From positions 1 to 48,218 of IMG/VR virus record IMGVR_UViG_3300016649_000214: 48,218 bases of DNA. One strand, 5' to 3'. The DNA comes from a virus (taxonomy: Duplodnaviria; Caudoviricetes). Below, piece by piece: positions 45,238 to 48,218 of this stretch. Under the pieces are notes generated by a model. That model had not been told where the DNA came from. It was given only the letters and a program-made list of their open reading frames with translations, and made no database searches. Positions within the stretch are counted from its first letter, which is position 1; each line of letters opens with the position of its first letter. The position numbers and the translations under genes were made by a program.

Positions 45238-45455
45238 CGCCAGAAGAACAGGAAAACATCCTCCGCGCGCAGGCTCGTCGCTGCGCAGAAGAGCTAACCA
45301 AAGCGATGAGCGTAAAGCCTAAACCGAAGTGGAACGCTGTATGCCCCCCCATCCTTCGCAAGCACTACGAGAAGGTAAAGCCGATGGGTGTCAGCCTGGT
45401 GAAATTTGTCAGTGTTATTGGCCGCATGAATGGGCGGTATGGAGTGGAATCATGA
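45234..45455 (+). CDS. Hypothetical protein
   Basis: ATGA-coupled; GGAGG RBS. Confidence 0.7.
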   Translation: MTPEEQENILRAQARRCAEELTKAMSVKPKPKWNAVCPPILRKHYEKVKPMGVSLVKFVSVIGRMNGRYGVES

Positions 45456-45652
45456 GCAAATACCCAAGAGTCGGCAGTGTTGCCGCCAAAAGCAAAAATA
45501 CCTCTGCCAGATGCAAGTGCGGTGCAGTTGCGAAGTTTAAAACCACGGTGGAAATAAATGTTTTCCGTGGCGATGACGAAGTGATCTCGTCTTGCAACGA
45601 GCACAAAAAAGACTGTTCATTTTTAGTCGACTGGCAAGGCGGTGCAGCATGA
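45452..45652 (+). CDS. Small Cys-containing hypothetical protein
   Basis: Start MSKYPRVG; CKCG...C..H; ATGA coupling. Confidence 0.6.
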   Translation: MSKYPRVGSVAAKSKNTSARCKCGAVAKFKTTVEINVFRGDDEVISSCNEHKKDCSFLVDWQGGAA

Positions 45653-46353
45653 GCTTCTTCGAAATTGACTCCAGATTTTTAATCGATACAGCATTTCATC
45701 GTCTGGAAATCATCCGTGACGATGGCCTGTATCGCCACCTTCGAATGCAGCGGCCGGGAACGTCCAATTACTACTATGACGTAATTACCTGGCCTGGCTA
45801 TTTGACTGTGACGGGTGACATGGGAACCTGGACCTTTTCCCGAATAGCGGACATGTTCGACTTTTTTGGTGCCTGGGAAGGTGGAATCAATACCCATTAT
45901 TGGGCTGAAAAGCTAGAGGCTGGCGCTGGATGTTCGGCACGTGAAATGCTGGCAAAAGAGTATGACCACGATGCGTTCTGCAAAAGCCTGAAAGAGTCTC
46001 TAAGTGATTACCTGGAGGACGATGAAGATGCAGAGACAGAAGAGGATGCAGACTGGGACGACGATGACGATACACCGGATAGTGACAAAGCAGTGGTACG
46101 CGAAATCGTCCGCAACTTGTGCCGGGCTGGGTTCAACAATGAATGGGAGGCTTATCAGGCTGTTTATGATGCTGATTGGCCAGAGGGCTGGAGTGCATGG
46201 GATGTTTGCGATGGACTGGCCTTTAAAACGTATACCAGCCACTTCCGGTGGATTCTCTTCGCTATCACCTGGGCAATCAGCAAATACCACAATGCAAAGA
46301 TTGTTGATAAAGCGATGACTACGTTTCTGGCAGTTAAAGGAGTTTCAGCATGA
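45649..46353 (+). CDS. Hypothetical phage protein
   Basis: H...IIRDDGLYRHLR, TWPG.L...GDMG...F.R..DMF.FF and IN..YWAEKL motifs. Confidence 0.75.
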   Translation: MSFFEIDSRFLIDTAFHRLEIIRDDGLYRHLRMQRPGTSNYYYDVITWPGYLTVTGDMGTWTFSRIADMFDFFGAWEGGINTHYWAEKLEAGAGCSAREMLAKEYDHDAFCKSLKESLSDYLEDDEDAETEEDADWDDDDDTPDSDKAVVREIVRNLCRAGFNNEWEAYQAVYDADWPEGWSAWDVCDGLAFKTYTSHFRWILFAITWAISKYHNAKIVDKAMTTFLAVKGVSA

Positions 46354-46568
46354 GCGCAGAAATCATCGATCAGGCCAACGAGCTGGCAGAGCGCCGGCTT
46401 GAAATGACCATCCAGAACATGCGCATCAACCATGCGGCTGTTTCGGCTACTCACTGCTGCGATTGCGGGGAAGAAATACCAGAACAGCGGCGGGAGGCGG
46501 TGGCGGGCTGTCAGCGCTGCGCTGATTGCCAGGAAGAGTTTGAAGAACGTGGTAAGCACCGGAGGTGA
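46350..46568 (+). CDS. TraR/DksA C4 zinc-finger protein
   Basis: EIIDQA; C.DCGEEIP..RR.A..GC..C..CQ. Confidence 0.9.
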   Translation: MSAEIIDQANELAERRLEMTIQNMRINHAAVSATHCCDCGEEIPEQRREAVAGCQRCADCQEEFEERGKHRR

Positions 46569-46569
46569 T

Positions 46570-46905
46570 ATGGCGTCAGACAAACCGATAACAGCTCAGC
46601 AGGCCGCCGACTTACTCATCGTGTCGGCGCGGGTAATCTACCGCCTGATTGAGTCAGGAGAACTCGCCGGCCGCAAGGTCGGCAACAAGTACAGAACGAC
46701 CGAAGCGGCATGTATTGCGTATTTGTCATCCCCGCAGGAAACTAAACGAGCGAACGCGGGTGAGCATAAAGGAGATATTTTATGTCCATCACCCTCAGAG
46801 GCGGCATGTGGCACTGTCATTTCTTTACGCCGTCAGGGAAAAGAGTTAGGCGATCTCTTGGTACGGGGGACAAAAAGCAGGCACAGGAGCTCCACGACAA
46901 GCTAA
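46570..46905 (+). CDS. xis: Excisionase (HTH_17-like), overlapping int
   Basis: AA..L.VS...IYRLI.SG.L...KVG..YR; GGAGG RBS. Confidence 0.85.
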   Translation: MASDKPITAQQAADLLIVSARVIYRLIESGELAGRKVGNKYRTTEAACIAYLSSPQETKRANAGEHKGDILCPSPSEAACGTVISLRRQGKELGDLLVRGTKSRHRSSTTS

Positions 46906-47945
46906 AGGCTGAAGCATGGCGGGTTGACCAGATCGGAGACCTGCCTGTCAGAACCTTCGAAGAGTGCTGTATCCGGTGGCTGCGGGAGAAAGATCACAAG
47001 CGGTCGCTGGATGATGACAAAACCAAAATAGAGTTTTGGCTGCAGCATTTTTCCGGCCGCGACGTTTCGAAAATAACGGCGGAGGAAATTCACGAAGCCG
47101 TTAACGGGATGATCAACCGTAAGCACCTGCAGGTGTGGGAGAGTAAGCGTGATGCCGCGATGAGGAAGGGAAAGCCGGTTCCGGAGTACAAACCACGGCA
47201 GGTTTCTCAGGCGACGAAGGCGCAGCACCTTTCCTTCATTCGTTCTCTGCTCAGGGCCGCGGCGAATGACTGGGGCTGGATAAAAACAGCGCCAGTTATC
47301 AAAACCCGTAAGCCGATCAGCAAGCGGATACGTTGGCTGACCAGAGAAGAGGCGGAACGGTTGATCGAGTGCATGCCGGACAGCATTAAGCCAGTGGTGA
47401 TATTTGCACTGGCAACCGGCCTGCGCCGCTCAAACATCATCGGGCTTGAGTGGCAGCAGGTCGATATGCAGAGAAAGGTTGCATGGGTAAATCCGGAGAA
47501 CGCAAAAGCGGGCAAGGCGATTGGCGTAGCTCTGAATGATACCGCATGCAGGGTATTAAGGGATCAGATAGGGAAGCATTCCCGGTGGGTGTTCGTTCAC
47601 ACCACGGCAAAACATCGACCGGATGGAACGCTGACGCCCGCGGTGAGAAAAATGCGGGTGGATGACAATAACGCCTGGCGCGCCGGACTGAAAAAAGCGG
47701 GGATAGAGGATTTCCGTTTTCACGACCTCCGGCACACCTGGGCGAGCTGGTTAATCCAGTCCGGCGTCCCGCTTTCTGTATTGCAGGAAATGGGCGGATG
47801 GGAGAGCATCGAGATGGTGCGCCGATATGCTCACCTGGCACCAAACCATTTAACCGAGCACGCACGGAAAATTGACGCCATTTTTGGCGCTAGCGACACA
47901 AATACGACACAAGGAGGAAATCAGGCTGGACTAAAACTTGCGTAA
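46782..47945 (+). CDS. int: Tyrosine integrase (DLP12 IntD-like)
   Basis: [19 protein letters not shown]...MV.RYAH motifs; adjacent to att. Confidence 0.96.
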   Translation: MSITLRGGMWHCHFFTPSGKRVRRSLGTGDKKQAQELHDKLKAEAWRVDQIGDLPVRTFEECCIRWLREKDHKRSLDDDKTKIEFWLQHFSGRDVSKITAEEIHEAVNGMINRKHLQVWESKRDAAMRKGKPVPEYKPRQVSQATKAQHLSFIRSLLRAAANDWGWIKTAPVIKTRKPISKRIRWLTREEAERLIECMPDSIKPVVIFALATGLRRSNIIGLEWQQVDMQRKVAWVNPENAKAGKAIGVALNDTACRVLRDQIGKHSRWVFVHTTAKHRPDGTLTPAVRKMRVDDNNAWRAGLKKAGIEDFRFHDLRHTWASWLIQSGVPLSVLQEMGGWESIEMVRRYAHLAPNHLTEHARKIDAIFGASDTNTTQGGNQAGLKLA

Positions 47946-47958
47946 GTGATTGTTTCTT

Positions 47959-48005
47959 AATGGTACGCCCTACAGGGTTCGAACCTGTGACCTACGGCTT
48001 AGAAG
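47959..48005. repeat. att core, integrase-proximal copy (within the tRNA)
   Basis: Matches 67..113. Confidence 0.95.
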
Positions 48006-48037
48006 GCCGTTGCTCTATCCAACTGAGCTAAGGGCGC
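47961..48037 (-). tRNA. argU: tRNA-Arg(UCU), integration target
   Basis: GCGCCCTTAGCTCAGTTGGATAGAGC...ACGGC-CTTCTAA-GCCGT...GGTTCGAACCC...CCA, 77 nt. Confidence 0.95.
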
Positions 48038-48218
48038 ATTGCTTGTCCCTTTCGGGAGCGTTGCGGGTTCGGATTATACGGGCAGACCGGGATGAGTCAA
48101 TGGCTTTCGAACTCACTGCTTAATGCCTGAACAATTTGCCGATATTCCCGGACTGTCTTGCAACGTTATGTGATCAGTATCGGCTATTTTTCGGATTTCA
48201 GCGCGGCAGCAATCACGC

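Larger units (their letters stand above)
67..48005. mobile_element. Lambdoid siphovirus-type prophage integrated at tRNA-Arg(UCU)
   Basis: 47-bp direct repeats at both ends match the tRNA 3' half. Integrase, immunity, replication, lysis, head and tail modules lie between them. Confidence 0.97.

Overview
Almost the whole window (67..48005) is one apparently complete ~48 kb lambdoid siphovirus-type prophage of an enterobacterium (Klebsiella-like host; inference). It is integrated in the 3' half of tRNA-Arg(UCU) and bounded by 47-bp att cores with one mismatch. The minus strand carries cro/cII/replication, a nin-type region, Q, a phage tRNA-Thr(UGU), lysis, packaging, head and tail genes. The plus strand carries cI, gam/recT/exo, a fused DNA methyltransferase, traR, xis and int. 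Most notable accessory signals: (1) a receptor-binding protein ending in an SGNH esterase domain, next to a low-GC acyltransferase-3 moron and split at an A7 slippery run; (2) one ORF fusing a multi-TRD m5C methyltransferase to an m6A Dam-type methyltransferase, with a nested alternative-frame ORF resembling the M.EcoHK31I beta subunit; (3) an ORF-less, highly structured RNA-like insert with its own promoter-like site and terminator in the head-tail module; (4) a duplicated cI 3' end bracketing a 39-aa membrane micro-protein, followed by an unknown low-GC gene at the rex position; (5) P1-like humD (LexA box) and hot (frameshifted) homologues. Family calls come from motif recognition and recalled sequences, not database searches.
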